Positions 1-9,304 of a stretch of 64,000 nt of DNA are shown here, in pieces. The translations under genes and the position numbers were made by a program. The notes beneath the pieces were generated by a model that saw only the letters and a list, made by a program, of their open reading frames with translations, was not told the origin of the DNA and made no database searches. Positions within the stretch are counted from its first letter, which is position 1. The number at the start of each line of letters is the position of its first letter. This DNA comes from Patescibacteria group bacterium (GTDB lineage: Bacteria; Patescibacteriota; Patescibacteriia; Veblenbacterales; UBA10138): assembly GCA_041645215.1 (NCBI GenBank), contig JBAZQK010000001.1:54091-118090 (forward strand), in the 5' to 3' direction.

Positions 1-537
1 TTATGGCCGGTTATAGTAAGGCCCGGCGTAATGGCAGAATTGGACAGTTGGCTGCCGCAGTTTTTAAAAGGCAAGATTTTTAAATATTTTTTAGCTAGCT
101 ACCTAATTATCTTATTACCAATCGGCCTGTGGCGCGGCGGTAGCGAAGCCTACAACGGTTTGCGCGCGGGCTTTAAGTTAAACAAATATCAGGCCGTAAC
201 CACCTGGCTAAGACAAAACACTCCCAGCCGTTCCATAATCTTCCAAAGCGACTGGAGCAATTTTCCGGTGCTGTGGTATAACGATTTGCATAATTATTAT
301 TTAACCGGCTTAGACCAAACTTTTATGTATGAATATGACCGTGATAAATATTGGTTGTGGCAGGCGGCGGCAGCGGGAGAGAAACGTAATTTATATGACA
401 TTGCCCGTTATAATTTTGGCGCGTCTTATATATTGCTGGACCGCGATTATCCCAAAATGTTGCTATGGTTGAATCGTGATAAACGATTTAAAAAAGTTTA
501 CTCTGACCAGGAGGCCATTATTTATGCGCTTGATTAA
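1..537 (+). CDS. C-terminal part of a membrane protein, probably a GT-C fold glycosyltransferase; probably begins upstream of the window
   Basis: A TM segment followed by a WLRQNTP...IFQSDW...YILLD soluble tail typical of GT-C proteins. Lies upstream of GT87-like and GT2 genes. Confidence 0.5.
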   Translation, partial: LWPVIVRPGVMAELDSWLPQFLKGKIFKYFLASYLIILLPIGLWRGGSEAYNGLRAGFKLNKYQAVTTWLRQNTPSRSIIFQSDWSNFPVLWYNDLHNYYLTGLDQTFMYEYDRDKYWLWQAAAAGEKRNLYDIARYNFGASYILLDRDYPKMLLWLNRDKRFKKVYSDQEAIIYALD

Positions 538-1720
538 AAGTTTTTTTGGCCGGAATTTCGTTCTAACGATTTTATGTTTAAACGTTTTGCTCTGGACAGC
601 GGGCAGCGTGGTTCAGCAGCGCGTTGATTTATTAAGGGGGTCGCCGGGCATAACCTGGTTTCGCGAGGAAGTGGATTTTAAAGTGTACTTTTCCGGCCAA
701 GGCTGGGTGATTCCCGGCCGGGTGCTTTATGATAAAGGCTACGCTGAATATCCGCCTTTAGGGGTACTTTATATTTGGTGGCCCAGACTGGTAACAGATA
801 ATTTTGAAACCTACCACTGGTTATTATGGTTAAGCAATGCGGCCGGTTATGTATTGGCTGGTTGGTTAACCTGGAGATTGGCCAAACTCTGGCAGTTGGG
901 GGACGGTGCTTGGTGGTTATGGTTGCTGCCGTCGGCGGTTTATTACAGTTTGAATCGTTTTGATATTTTGCCAGTGGTTTTGGTTTTACTCAGTCTTTAT
1001 TGGTTTAAGGGTGGAAGTTTCCGTTTATCAGGGGTAAGTTTCGGCGCCGCGATGGCTGCTAAATTCTATCCTGTCTTATTAGTGCCGTTATTTTGGCAAT
1101 TATTTAAAAAACAAAATTTATCGCCAACTAGATTTGTGGTTTATAGTTTAGCGCCATTATTATCACTGTCACTGGCAGCAGTCATAGTCGGCGGCGGCCC
1201 GGCCGTCTGGTCGCCTTATGTTTTGCAAATGAGCCGGATTTTCGAACCAGGGAGTATCTGGTTTTTGTTGGCAGGCCTCTGGCCGCAAATTAATGACATC
1301 GTTCGCACTCTTACATCTTTAGCACAGGTGGCGGTGCCGATAATTTGGGGGATAGGGTCTTACTTAACCAAATTGCCTTGGCGGTTGGAGATTAACCTTA
1401 ATTTAGCCAGCTTAACTTTGTTGGGATTCGTTTTTTTTAATCATTTTTATTCTAACCAGTGGTGGCTGTGGATTTTACCCTGGCTGGCCTTAGTCTTCCC
1501 GGTTAATTTGATTTATTTATTAGGGGTTTATGACCTGGTGAATTATTTGGAGTTCCCGGTAGCGGCTGAACTTGGGGGTAAGGGCAGTCTGTTTTTTAAC
1601 TGGTTAGTGGTGGTGCGCAGCGGCCTGTTTTTGTTTATAATAGCTATATTGGTTAAACAATTAATAGGTGAGAGACGAAAAAGTATTTATGAAAATTTGG
1701 TTGATAATTCCCACTTATAA
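524..1720 (+). CDS. GT87/DUF2029-like polyprenol-phosphate-sugar dependent glycosyltransferase
   Basis: Multi-TM protein with EYPP, RFD and K-x-YP motifs. ATG at 524 preferred over the ORF-track start at 476. Confidence 0.75.
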   Translation: MRLIKSFFGRNFVLTILCLNVLLWTAGSVVQQRVDLLRGSPGITWFREEVDFKVYFSGQGWVIPGRVLYDKGYAEYPPLGVLYIWWPRLVTDNFETYHWLLWLSNAAGYVLAGWLTWRLAKLWQLGDGAWWLWLLPSAVYYSLNRFDILPVVLVLLSLYWFKGGSFRLSGVSFGAAMAAKFYPVLLVPLFWQLFKKQNLSPTRFVVYSLAPLLSLSLAAVIVGGGPAVWSPYVLQMSRIFEPGSIWFLLAGLWPQINDIVRTLTSLAQVAVPIIWGIGSYLTKLPWRLEINLNLASLTLLGFVFFNHFYSNQWWLWILPWLALVFPVNLIYLLGVYDLVNYLEFPVAAELGGKGSLFFNWLVVVRSGLFLFIIAILVKQLIGERRKSIYENLVDNSHL

Positions 1721-2414
1721 CGAAAAAAGTACTATTATTCAACTACTGGAAGCGTTGTTTGGTTTACCCTTGGAATTGTCAATTTTGGTGGTAGATGACA
1801 ATTCACCCGACCAAACCGCTCAATTGGTTCAATCAGCGCAGAGTCAATATAAAAATTTGCATTTAGTCAAGCGGCCGGCCAAACTCGGCTTGGGTAGCGC
1901 TTATCGCTTTGGTTTTGATTACGCGTTGCACCGCGGAGCGGAGGCAGTGGGGCAGATGGACGCGGATTGGTCCCATCAACCAGTTGATGTTTTAAAGTTG
2001 CTGGCGGCAATTAACAATGGCGGTGATGCGGCCATTGGGTCGCGGCGGGTAACCGGCGGCGAAATTAGCGGTTGGAATTGGCGCCGGCATTTTATGAGCC
2101 GAGGCGCGACTTGGTTGGCGCGCTTGGTATTACGTTTAAAAACCCAGGACATAACTGCCGGGTTTAGGTTTTATACTAAAGCGGCCTTAAGCCGAATACC
2201 GTGGTCGCAGGTTAAAAGCGAGGGTTATGCTTGGCAAGAGGAGACTATTTTTTTGTGTGAGCAGGCGGGTTTAAAGATAATTGAGGTGCCGGTTAAGTTT
2301 GTTGATCGCCAGCAAGGCCAATCCAAATTAGGCTTAAGAGACGTTGTGGAATTTTTTAAGGCGGTGTTTAGATTAAAATTAGTTAAAATTTTAGCTACTA
2401 AAAAACACTCCTAA
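1689..2414 (+). CDS. Polyprenol monophosphomannose synthase (GT2, DPM1-like)
   Basis: IIPTYNE, VVDDNSPD, KLGLGSAY, MDADWSH, GSRRV and D.TAGFR motifs. Confidence 0.9.
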   Translation: MKIWLIIPTYNEKSTIIQLLEALFGLPLELSILVVDDNSPDQTAQLVQSAQSQYKNLHLVKRPAKLGLGSAYRFGFDYALHRGAEAVGQMDADWSHQPVDVLKLLAAINNGGDAAIGSRRVTGGEISGWNWRRHFMSRGATWLARLVLRLKTQDITAGFRFYTKAALSRIPWSQVKSEGYAWQEETIFLCEQAGLKIIEVPVKFVDRQQGQSKLGLRDVVEFFKAVFRLKLVKILATKKHS

Positions 2415-2434
2415 TAAGGAGTGTTTTTTAGTAG
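2395..2434. terminator. Bidirectional intrinsic terminator
   Basis: Perfect 18-bp inverted repeat ctactaaaaaacactcct / aggagtgttttttagtag with A and T runs, between convergent genes. Confidence 0.85.
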
Positions 2435-2443
2435 TAATGTGAA

Positions 2444-3040
2444 TTAGGGTTGGCACTGTCCTGGCGGGTAGGCCGCCCCGCGACATACTAAGAGGACAGG
2501 GGTGGTAGCAGGAGGGACAGCAGGGATGACACCACAATCAGCATTTTTGTAGCAAGTTTCGCCTTGTTTGCGTGATCCGGCTGCAAAAGTTTCAGTCGGC
2601 GTTCCACCACCCAGCGATGTAACGGTTTTTAAGTTTTTTACAATAAACGACGAAATAATAAACGACGCCATTATGATTATGAGTCCGATTATAGCGCCGC
2701 TTAAAACTTTTTTGGCTTTGGTAATTTTTTCCTCATTGCCGGCCGCGGTCATCCAGCTAAAGCCGCCGTAGATTATTAAAATGACCGCCAACACGCCCAC
2801 CAATCCTAGAACCACATTAATGATAGTGGCCGCCACTAATACCGGGTCAGCTTCGCCAATCGGCAAACCTGCGGCTTTGGCGGTGTTTTTCAGGTTGTAG
2901 TCCTGCACTAGGGCAGGAGGATTTGGGTTTTCAGCGTAAACCGTTTTAACGTTAACAACTAGCGTAAACGAGAAAGCCATTAATACGCTAGCCATTAAAA
3001 TTATTAAAGCGATTTGCCCTTGTTTATAAGGACGTTTCAT
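2444..3040 (-). CDS. TrbC/VirB2-like CPR pilin with short Cys-rich C-terminal extension
   Basis: Signal-like N-terminus, TM-IYGGFSWMTAAGNEEKITKAKK-TM pilin signature, CYKNADC tail. Confidence 0.85.
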   Translation of the reverse strand: MKRPYKQGQIALIILMASVLMAFSFTLVVNVKTVYAENPNPPALVQDYNLKNTAKAAGLPIGEADPVLVAATIINVVLGLVGVLAVILIIYGGFSWMTAAGNEEKITKAKKVLSGAIIGLIIIMASFIISSFIVKNLKTVTSLGGGTPTETFAAGSRKQGETCYKNADCGVIPAVPPATTPVLLVCRGAAYPPGQCQP

Positions 3041-3058
3041 AGATTATTTTCCTCCGCT

Positions 3059-3210
3059 GTCAATACCCCGCGGCTGGCCGCGGGAAAAAAATAGGGAGAA
3101 TCCTCCGAAGTCCTCCTTGGGAGGACGAAGGAGGAGTATGGAGCTTCGGACGAATGAACACTTTTTGAAGAGCCGCCGATACCTCGTCGGCTTGCCGCGA
3201 GGTAGTTCAT
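3059..3210. mobile_element. IS200/IS605-like end remnant with an embedded palindrome
   Basis: Hairpins gtcaataccccgcggctggccgcggg and gatacctcgtcggcttgccgcgaggtagttc flank a gtcctccttgggaggac palindrome. No transposase. Confidence 0.55.
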
Positions 3211-3572
3211 TAAGGAGTGGCGCCAGTGGCATTAGATAAGTTGCTGATGACAAATGAGGCAATGGCGAAAGCGGCAAAGATGATTACTAAGCCAACTACG
3301 CCCGCTCCCAGTAATTTTTTGGCCTCGCCCACCTTTTCCTCGTTGCCGGCCGCGGTCATCCATTTAAAACCACCCATCAGAATTAATACTACCGCGACAA
3401 CACCTAAGAAACCTAAGATGACATTGATAATTTGCGCTATAGTGGTAATTAAATCCTTGTTGCCGAGGTTGACGTTACCCTCCAATGGGGTTAGCCCGTA
3501 GTTTTGCGCCAATACGACTGCTGGCAGGCCGTACATTACAGCGCCCGTAACAGATGCAATTATTTTTTTCAT
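3210..3572 (-). CDS. TrbC/VirB2-like pilin (minimal, probable major subunit)
   Basis: Signal peptide ending VLA-Q, GGFKWMTAAGNEEKVGEAKK between two TMs, strong RBS (aaagggggtga). Confidence 0.9.
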   Translation of the reverse strand: MKKIIASVTGAVMYGLPAVVLAQNYGLTPLEGNVNLGNKDLITTIAQIINVILGFLGVVAVVLILMGGFKWMTAAGNEEKVGEAKKLLGAGVVGLVIIFAAFAIASFVISNLSNATGATP

Positions 3573-3685
3573 GATGTCACCCCCTTTCTTAATTTTACGC
3601 CCGATAGAAAAAATCGAGTATAGTTATTTGAGTAATTAAATTATAAAATATTATTTCGTTTTAGTCAATTGCTTTTGTTTTATAG

Positions 3686-5182
3686 TTACTGTGATGCGCA
3701 TTCTTTACCAGCTACCCATTGCATTCCCGAGTCTGGCACATAACATTTGCCATTGATTAATTCATATGAACCGCCAATATAATTGCACCCCCAGATAGGG
3801 TTAGGATCGCCGACCGGCGGAAAAAGACCAGCCTTGCACATACCTTCTAAGACACCCCCCTTACAGCCCTTAAGTCCGCCTAAGTTTATTGTGCATTGTC
3901 CAATTTGTTGGCAGTTGTAGCCTAGATATTGCTTGCCGGCTTCTTCGGTCGGTGAGCCCCACCAACCAGGAATATTTTTACCGGCTTTTTTACAAGTACT
4001 GCCAGTTTCTAAACGGCAAATGAAATCTTTTTTAGCCCAATCCCAGCGGATACAGGCCCACTTAGGTTCAAGTTCATTGCCGCTCACCTGCGGATAGTCT
4101 TCCCCGGCCCGGAAATCAACTGGTAAATAACACGAGCCGTTGCTCAATTCGCCAAATACGCAAGCGCCATTGGTTATCATCCGGCTGATTGGTTTAAATA
4201 ATTCGGGGACGCAATTCTCAACCCGGGTGTTGTATTTTGTAGTTTTGTATTTTAATATGCGGTTTTTATAAGCTCCGCCGGGAGCGCCGTCAATAGTTTG
4301 AATACAAGCCCCGACGTCTTCGCAATTGTAAGCCCCTTTTATTATTAGTTGGCCTTGGGGTTTAATAATGTTGTTATTGGCATCTAATTTAGGCTTGCCA
4401 CATCCAGCCATCGGTTCCATTTCGCATTTTGCGCCATAATCTTTTCCTAGCGGCAGCCTAAAACAAGGTATTTCAGTCGTGGCTTCCGGGGTTGGTTGGA
4501 ATTGCTCAACCACTGGTTGCTGGCCGGAGAATATCTGGTAAACCGGCCGGTAAACAAAATTAATTAAGCTGTAAGCGCCCAAAACCACAGCCAAGCCAAC
4601 AACGCCGTACCCCAAGTTTTTTCTGGCTTTGGTGATTTTTTCCTCATTACCGGCCGCGGTCATCCATAGCAGTCCGCTATAAATAAATACCAGTAAGGTT
4701 AATCCGCCCAATCCGCTTAAAGCAAAGCCCAAAATCCGCTCACCATAAAATTCAAGCGGACCCTTGGTTATATTAAGCGGGTCAAATAATATGCTTTTAC
4801 CAATAAAGTTAGCAGGTGTGCCGCCAGTCAAGGTCTTGATGGTGGTGGAAAGAATAGCGTAACTACCCACTGTTACAACCAAGCCAATTAGGGCGTAGGC
4901 AATCATTTTTTTGCCTTTTTGAAAAGTTTCACTATTGCCGGCGGCGGTTAAAATCCGATAACCGCCTAATACCACAATCACCAAGGTTATCGTACCGGTT
5001 ACCACCATCAAACCGGCGGCCAGCCGGACAAACAGATCGTTGGGGTCAATAGTTCCTAGGGGATTAAACAATGGCGGGATGGATTCTTGGGCGCCGGTTA
5101 TTAGTGGCCAGCCCAGCGCCAAGATGGGAAGCAAAAAAAGCGCCCCCCCCAAAAAAAGATTGATTATTTTTTTATAACTCAT
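3686..5182 (-). CDS. Tandem two-domain TrbC/VirB2-like pilin with Cys-rich C-terminal domain
   Basis: Two pilin motifs (ILTAAGNSETFQKGKK, WMTAAGNEEKITKARK) then about 270 aa of Cys-rich sequence. ATG at 5182 preferred over 5206. Confidence 0.8.
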   Translation of the reverse strand: MSYKKIINLFLGGALFLLPILALGWPLITGAQESIPPLFNPLGTIDPNDLFVRLAAGLMVVTGTITLVIVVLGGYRILTAAGNSETFQKGKKMIAYALIGLVVTVGSYAILSTTIKTLTGGTPANFIGKSILFDPLNITKGPLEFYGERILGFALSGLGGLTLLVFIYSGLLWMTAAGNEEKITKARKNLGYGVVGLAVVLGAYSLINFVYRPVYQIFSGQQPVVEQFQPTPEATTEIPCFRLPLGKDYGAKCEMEPMAGCGKPKLDANNNIIKPQGQLIIKGAYNCEDVGACIQTIDGAPGGAYKNRILKYKTTKYNTRVENCVPELFKPISRMITNGACVFGELSNGSCYLPVDFRAGEDYPQVSGNELEPKWACIRWDWAKKDFICRLETGSTCKKAGKNIPGWWGSPTEEAGKQYLGYNCQQIGQCTINLGGLKGCKGGVLEGMCKAGLFPPVGDPNPIWGCNYIGGSYELINGKCYVPDSGMQWVAGKECASQ

Positions 5183-5190
5183 AAATAATG

Positions 5191-5871
5191 TTATGGTTGG
5201 CAACACGTTTCGCTCTTATTTGTATCGCAGCTTCTTGGGCCCATATTTTTAGCCGCTGGGCAGTTTGTTTGACAGGTATTGGGAGAAGTACATGCTACAT
5301 TACAACACTTCCAGTCTGGTTTACAGTTTCTTTGCCCTAAATCCTCATCACCAGTAAAACAGCTTTGGTCAAAACATTTGTTTGGCAAAGTGCAAATATT
5401 TGACACATCACAGCCCAAAGATTCTTTCCACCATTCTTGAGTTAATATTTGTTTGGGAGTTTTTCCAACCGGCGTTGTTAGAATTCCATACAGAGCCACA
5501 ACCAAAAGATAGCCAGCTAAGATTATTAAAACACCGAGCAAAGTAGAGGTTATTAATTTACGGCCGGCGGTAAATTTTTCCTGATTGCCGGCGGCAAATA
5601 CCATGCTTTGCCCGCCCCAAATAAGCATAACCAGCGCCAGGCCGGCGAATATTGACAAAATAACTTTTTGCAGCACTACGAATAAACTAACAAAATCGCA
5701 CATTGTGCAATTGCCGGTGGCTTGGCAAGCCTCTGGCAAGTTGCCCACAATACCTTTTTTAAGTTCAAAAGTCTGGGCAAGGGCGGGCGATGGCGTTGCC
5801 ATTGAAGCCAATACGGTCAGACCGCCAAGCAAAAAAAGGGTAGCCAGTAGGACTTTAGTTGTCCGTTTCAT
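5191..5871 (-). CDS. TrbC/VirB2-like pilin with Cys-rich tail
   Basis: CQATGNCTMCD preceding a pilin motif (WGGQSMVFAAGNQEKFTAGRK); many Cys in the last 75 aa. Confidence 0.8.
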   Translation of the reverse strand: MKRTTKVLLATLFLLGGLTVLASMATPSPALAQTFELKKGIVGNLPEACQATGNCTMCDFVSLFVVLQKVILSIFAGLALVMLIWGGQSMVFAAGNQEKFTAGRKLITSTLLGVLIILAGYLLVVALYGILTTPVGKTPKQILTQEWWKESLGCDVSNICTLPNKCFDQSCFTGDEDLGQRNCKPDWKCCNVACTSPNTCQTNCPAAKNMGPRSCDTNKSETCCQP

Positions 5872-5895
5872 ACCATTAATTTAGCACAAAAGGTT

Positions 5896-5999
5896 AGAAT
5901 AGTGAATTAGGAATTAAGAATTAAGAAGCGAGAAGATAGGAAGGAACGTTTTAGAGCTATAGTTTTTATTCTTAATTCGCAATTCATGATTCTTAATTC
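5896..5999. repeat. Degenerate 7-mer (gaattaa-type) inverted repeat hairpin, gene-less
   Basis: gaatagtgaattaggaattaagaattaagaa ... ttcttaattcgcaattcatgattcttaattc. Same family as the flanks of 62693..63079. Confidence 0.7.
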
Positions 6000-7384
6000 T
6001 ATTTTCTTAAGGTCTGTCCTACTTGATTGACGGCAAAATCAATGGCTTGTTTTAAATCTACGCCGCCGGCCGCTTGTCGGATCATATTTTGAAAAATCTC
6101 TCGCATAATTTTGGATTTAGAGCCGTGGTACCAGCTTTTAGCCGTTAGCAGTTGTTTAGCTGGTTTTCCCAAGTCAATATCTTCCAGTTGTTTATTAATA
6201 AGACTGCGCAGAGCGGTTGGTTTTTGAGCAGAGGTAAGATATTTGTCCGCCACTTCAGATTTGGTGGTTACGTATTGAATAAAGTTCCAGGCTTCATTGG
6301 GGTGCTGGCTTTGTTTAGGAACGGTTTCCAGGTAGTAACTGGCATAATAGACTGGTTTGTCAGCGGCATCAATTTGGGGAAAATTAGCAACCCCGATGTT
6401 AATTTTGGGCGACAATGTTCGCAGTGTAGCTAAATCGCGCCAGTAGGCAAAAACAAAACCAATTTTACCGGCCGCGAACAATTGCCAGGCGTTGCTCTGG
6501 TCGCGCGACCAGGTATAAGTTTCTTTGCTGGGGTTGGCAAAATCAGTATAAAACCTTAGAGCATCGGCGCCCGGGAAAAAATCTTGGCCGCCAACTTTGA
6601 CCGCTTGGTTAAAAGTAGCGGCGGTGCCGGTGTTGTTAGTCATCGGCGTGCCGTTCTGCAGCATTAGAGCCGATAGAATATCATCCGAGTACGGCACATT
6701 GTCGGCTTCGCCCACGGCGGCGCCATGCTGGACAAAAAAACCACTTTTATCAAGTACGGTAATTTTTTGCGTAGCGTCTTTGAATTCAGTCCAAGTAGCC
6801 GGCGCGGTTGATATTTGGGCATTATTCAAAAGGTCGCGATTGTAAAATAACAACAACGTGTCAAGACTGATTGGCAGGCCGTAGGTTTTATTGTCAAAAA
6901 TTGCGTCACGGGCAACAACATCAACAAAAGTGTCAGTTAAAGCCTGGGGTTTAATGGTTGAGCTGGTTTTAAAATACCATTGAGCTTCTTTTTTAAATAA
7001 ACCTTTAATTTCAACAGACGGTAATTTTAAGCTGGCCGGTAATGGCGATAATTTGTCTAACCAGCCGCCCAGACTGGAGTTAGGCAAGGACACAATGTCG
7101 GGGCCGGTACCGGCCGCTAAAGCTTCCAGCAGTTTATTCTCTAATTCTTCCGCCCGCACAGTTTGAATATTGACACTTATGTTGGGTTGGCTGGTTTTGT
7201 AGTCCTTAATTATTTGATCAAAATTAGATTTTTCACCCTCAATTCGCCACCAATTTAAAGTTAGAGGTTGGGCCGCCTCTTTGGCTTTAGGGTCGCCACC
7301 CTTGCAACCCAGACCCAGCAGACTGCCGACTAATAAACCAGTCATTAAAATAATTAAACCACGGTGCGAGCGGAGGATACTCAT
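5999..7384 (-). CDS. Extracellular solute-binding lipoprotein, family 1 (sugar ABC type)
   Basis: Lipobox LGLGC, GTGPDI, YGLPISLDTLLLFYNRDL, PATWTEF. No permease or ATPase adjacent. Confidence 0.85.
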   Translation of the reverse strand: MSILRSHRGLIILMTGLLVGSLLGLGCKGGDPKAKEAAQPLTLNWWRIEGEKSNFDQIIKDYKTSQPNISVNIQTVRAEELENKLLEALAAGTGPDIVSLPNSSLGGWLDKLSPLPASLKLPSVEIKGLFKKEAQWYFKTSSTIKPQALTDTFVDVVARDAIFDNKTYGLPISLDTLLLFYNRDLLNNAQISTAPATWTEFKDATQKITVLDKSGFFVQHGAAVGEADNVPYSDDILSALMLQNGTPMTNNTGTAATFNQAVKVGGQDFFPGADALRFYTDFANPSKETYTWSRDQSNAWQLFAAGKIGFVFAYWRDLATLRTLSPKINIGVANFPQIDAADKPVYYASYYLETVPKQSQHPNEAWNFIQYVTTKSEVADKYLTSAQKPTALRSLINKQLEDIDLGKPAKQLLTAKSWYHGSKSKIMREIFQNMIRQAAGGVDLKQAIDFAVNQVGQTLRK

Positions 7385-8247
7385 ATGATTTGTTTTAAAT
7401 AGTCGCGAAATTCATCTTTTAATTCAGGGTCTTTGAGCGCCAAATCAACATTGGCTTCCAGCCAGCGCAATTTTGAGCCCATGTCGTAATAAATGCCGTC
7501 CACTAAACAAGCATAGATCGGTTTTTTGCTTAGCAGTTGATTAATCGCGTCCGGCAGCCACAACTCTCCGTTCTTGCCCAAAGGGGTGTTTTCTAATTCA
7601 GTGAATATTTCGGGTGTAAGAATATAACCGGAAATGCTGGCTAAGCGCGAGGGCGCGGCCACGGGACCGGGTTTTTCTACAACCGATTTTACTTTATAGA
7701 CACGGTCACTAATTGGTTCAGCCTCAATTATGCCATAATTTTTTGTGCCTTCGTCGTCAACTTTGTAGGCAGTTATAACCGGTTGTTCATATTGTTCATA
7801 GACCTCAATTAATTGTTGGAGGTGCGGCCGGGGGCCAAGCATTAAATCATCGCCAAAAATAACCGCAAAGGGTTCGTTATTAATTAAGTGTTTAGCGTTT
7901 AATATGGGCGTGCCGTTGCCGTAGGGGCCTTTTTGGCGAATATAAACAAAATTAGCCAGTTCAGCGATTTTTTTTACTTGTTCCAGGGCCTCAGTTTTGC
8001 CTTGACGCGCCAGCCAAGCTTCCAACTCCGGCATGTAATCAAAATGGTCCTCCACCGCCCGCTTGTTAAAACTAGTAACTACAATAATGTCTTCTATCCC
8101 TGAAGCTACCGCCTCTTCCACAATGTATTGCAAAATCGGCTTGTCAACTATTGGCAGCATTTCTTTGGGCAGGGCTTTGGTGACTGGTAAAAAGCGTGTG
8201 CCAAAACCGGCTACCGGAATGATTAGTTTGCGAATTTTTTGGGGCAT
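7381..8247 (-). CDS. galU: UTP--glucose-1-phosphate uridylyltransferase
   Basis: IPVAGFGTRFLPVTKALPKEMLPIVDKP, VEKP and GELWLPDAI motifs. Confidence 0.93.
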   Translation of the reverse strand: MPQKIRKLIIPVAGFGTRFLPVTKALPKEMLPIVDKPILQYIVEEAVASGIEDIIVVTSFNKRAVEDHFDYMPELEAWLARQGKTEALEQVKKIAELANFVYIRQKGPYGNGTPILNAKHLINNEPFAVIFGDDLMLGPRPHLQQLIEVYEQYEQPVITAYKVDDEGTKNYGIIEAEPISDRVYKVKSVVEKPGPVAAPSRLASISGYILTPEIFTELENTPLGKNGELWLPDAINQLLSKKPIYACLVDGIYYDMGSKLRWLEANVDLALKDPELKDEFRDYLKQII

Positions 8248-8518
8248 ACCCTTCTTACCGCAACTTCACTTGCCGTTGACCAACAAATAAAGCGATAATT
8301 TATAAAAAAATTTTAAAAACATAGTGATGATAACACCCTTTTACTTGTTGCCGGCATCAGGTTTGTTTAGTGGAATTGGCGGTACCGAGCATAAACTACT
8401 TTTACCTTAGCACAAAAAAGGTTAAAATAAAAGGTTGGGCGGCGGTTTTTAAACGAGCAAAACCGAGCTTAGTCGGGAAATCTACTAAAGCGGTTAATGG
8501 TATTGTGAAGCTCCGCGG

Positions 8519-8790
8519 CCTGCCCGCCGCTCGCCTCACCTAATTAACCGATTGTTATAAAGTTACAGTACTAATATTTATAGTTAGAGTTTATCTAAAA
8601 CATCAGCTTTGGCAGGCGGGCCTGCCCCGCTAAGCGGGCAGACGGTTTTATTAAATTACTAGATTATTTAATTAAAAATTGATTAAACCCGCCTGCCAAA
8701 GCCGCTATGCCAAATACGCTCGGGCTATAAATCAAGAGTGGCATAGTTTGGTGTCAGTTTATCTATCAGGCAAGGCGAGCGGCGGGCAGG
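8519..8790. mobile_element. MITE-like element with nested inverted repeats
   Basis: 18-bp terminal IR cctgcccgccgctcgcct (8519-8536 / 8773-8790); inner 15-bp IR gctttggcaggcggg (8606-8620 / 8688-8702). Confidence 0.7.
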
Positions 8791-8912
8791 AATTTAAAAT
8801 TTAAAATTGTTTACTAGTTGGGTATAGGCTTAGGCGGTTTCATTATTAACTTTTTAGTATGTAGACGTAAGTCCTAACATAGTCAATTAAGCGAAGCGTT
8901 AGCGGAGTTTAA

Positions 8913-8999
8913 TGGCGGAGATGGAGGCCCCGCAGTAGGACTTCGCCCACTACGGGGTAAAGATTCTCACTTAGGTACAATTCCGTAATTATTGGTTTT
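8913..8999 (-). pseudogene. Interrupted 3' half of an outer tRNA-Ser(CGA)
   Basis: Minus strand reads AAAACCAA, variable arm, GTGAGAATC, hairpin insert (about 8927-8961), CTCCATCTCCGCCA. The matching 5' anticodon strand TGCGCTGGTCTCG is at 9203-9215. Confidence 0.6.
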
Positions 9000-9018
9000 T
9001 CTTGACCCCGTAACAGAG

Positions 9019-9105
9019 CGGAGGGGGTGGGATTTGAACCCACGATACCATTTCTGGTATAACGGTTTTCGAGACCGTCCGATTAAACCACTCTCGCACC
9101 CCTCC
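9019..9105 (-). tRNA. tRNA-Ser(CGA)
   Basis: Cloverleaf GGAGGGG..., anticodon loop CT-CGA-AA, long variable arm, GGTTCAAATCC, G discriminator. CCA not encoded. Confidence 0.95.
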
Positions 9106-9122
9106 GCTCTTGTACGGGGCGG

Positions 9123-9188
9123 GCCTGCGCCTTCAACCACCCACCGCTACGCGGGGCCCCGCCATAGGCGGTGGTCGGCCACCCTTCC
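9123..9188 (-). pseudogene. 5' half of another tRNA-Ser with a palindromic insert in the D-loop
   Basis: GGAAGGGTGGCCGA, 34-nt hairpin insert (9141-9174), GTGGTTGAAGGCGCAGGC. Confidence 0.7.
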
Positions 9189-9304
9189 GCACTTCTACGG
9201 GGCGAGACCAGCGCACTGCTTGTTCCGTATTTTTTTATGGTGCTGAAGGATCGCTTAATTATTAATAATGCTCACAGTATATTTGGCGCAGGCCTCATTG
9301 TCAA

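Noticed and set aside
8913-8927. tmRNA 3' end (tggcggagatgg)
   Set aside because: The discriminator is G, it is continuous with a Ser-type variable arm and anticodon stem, and no tmRNA 5' end or tag ORF was seen.
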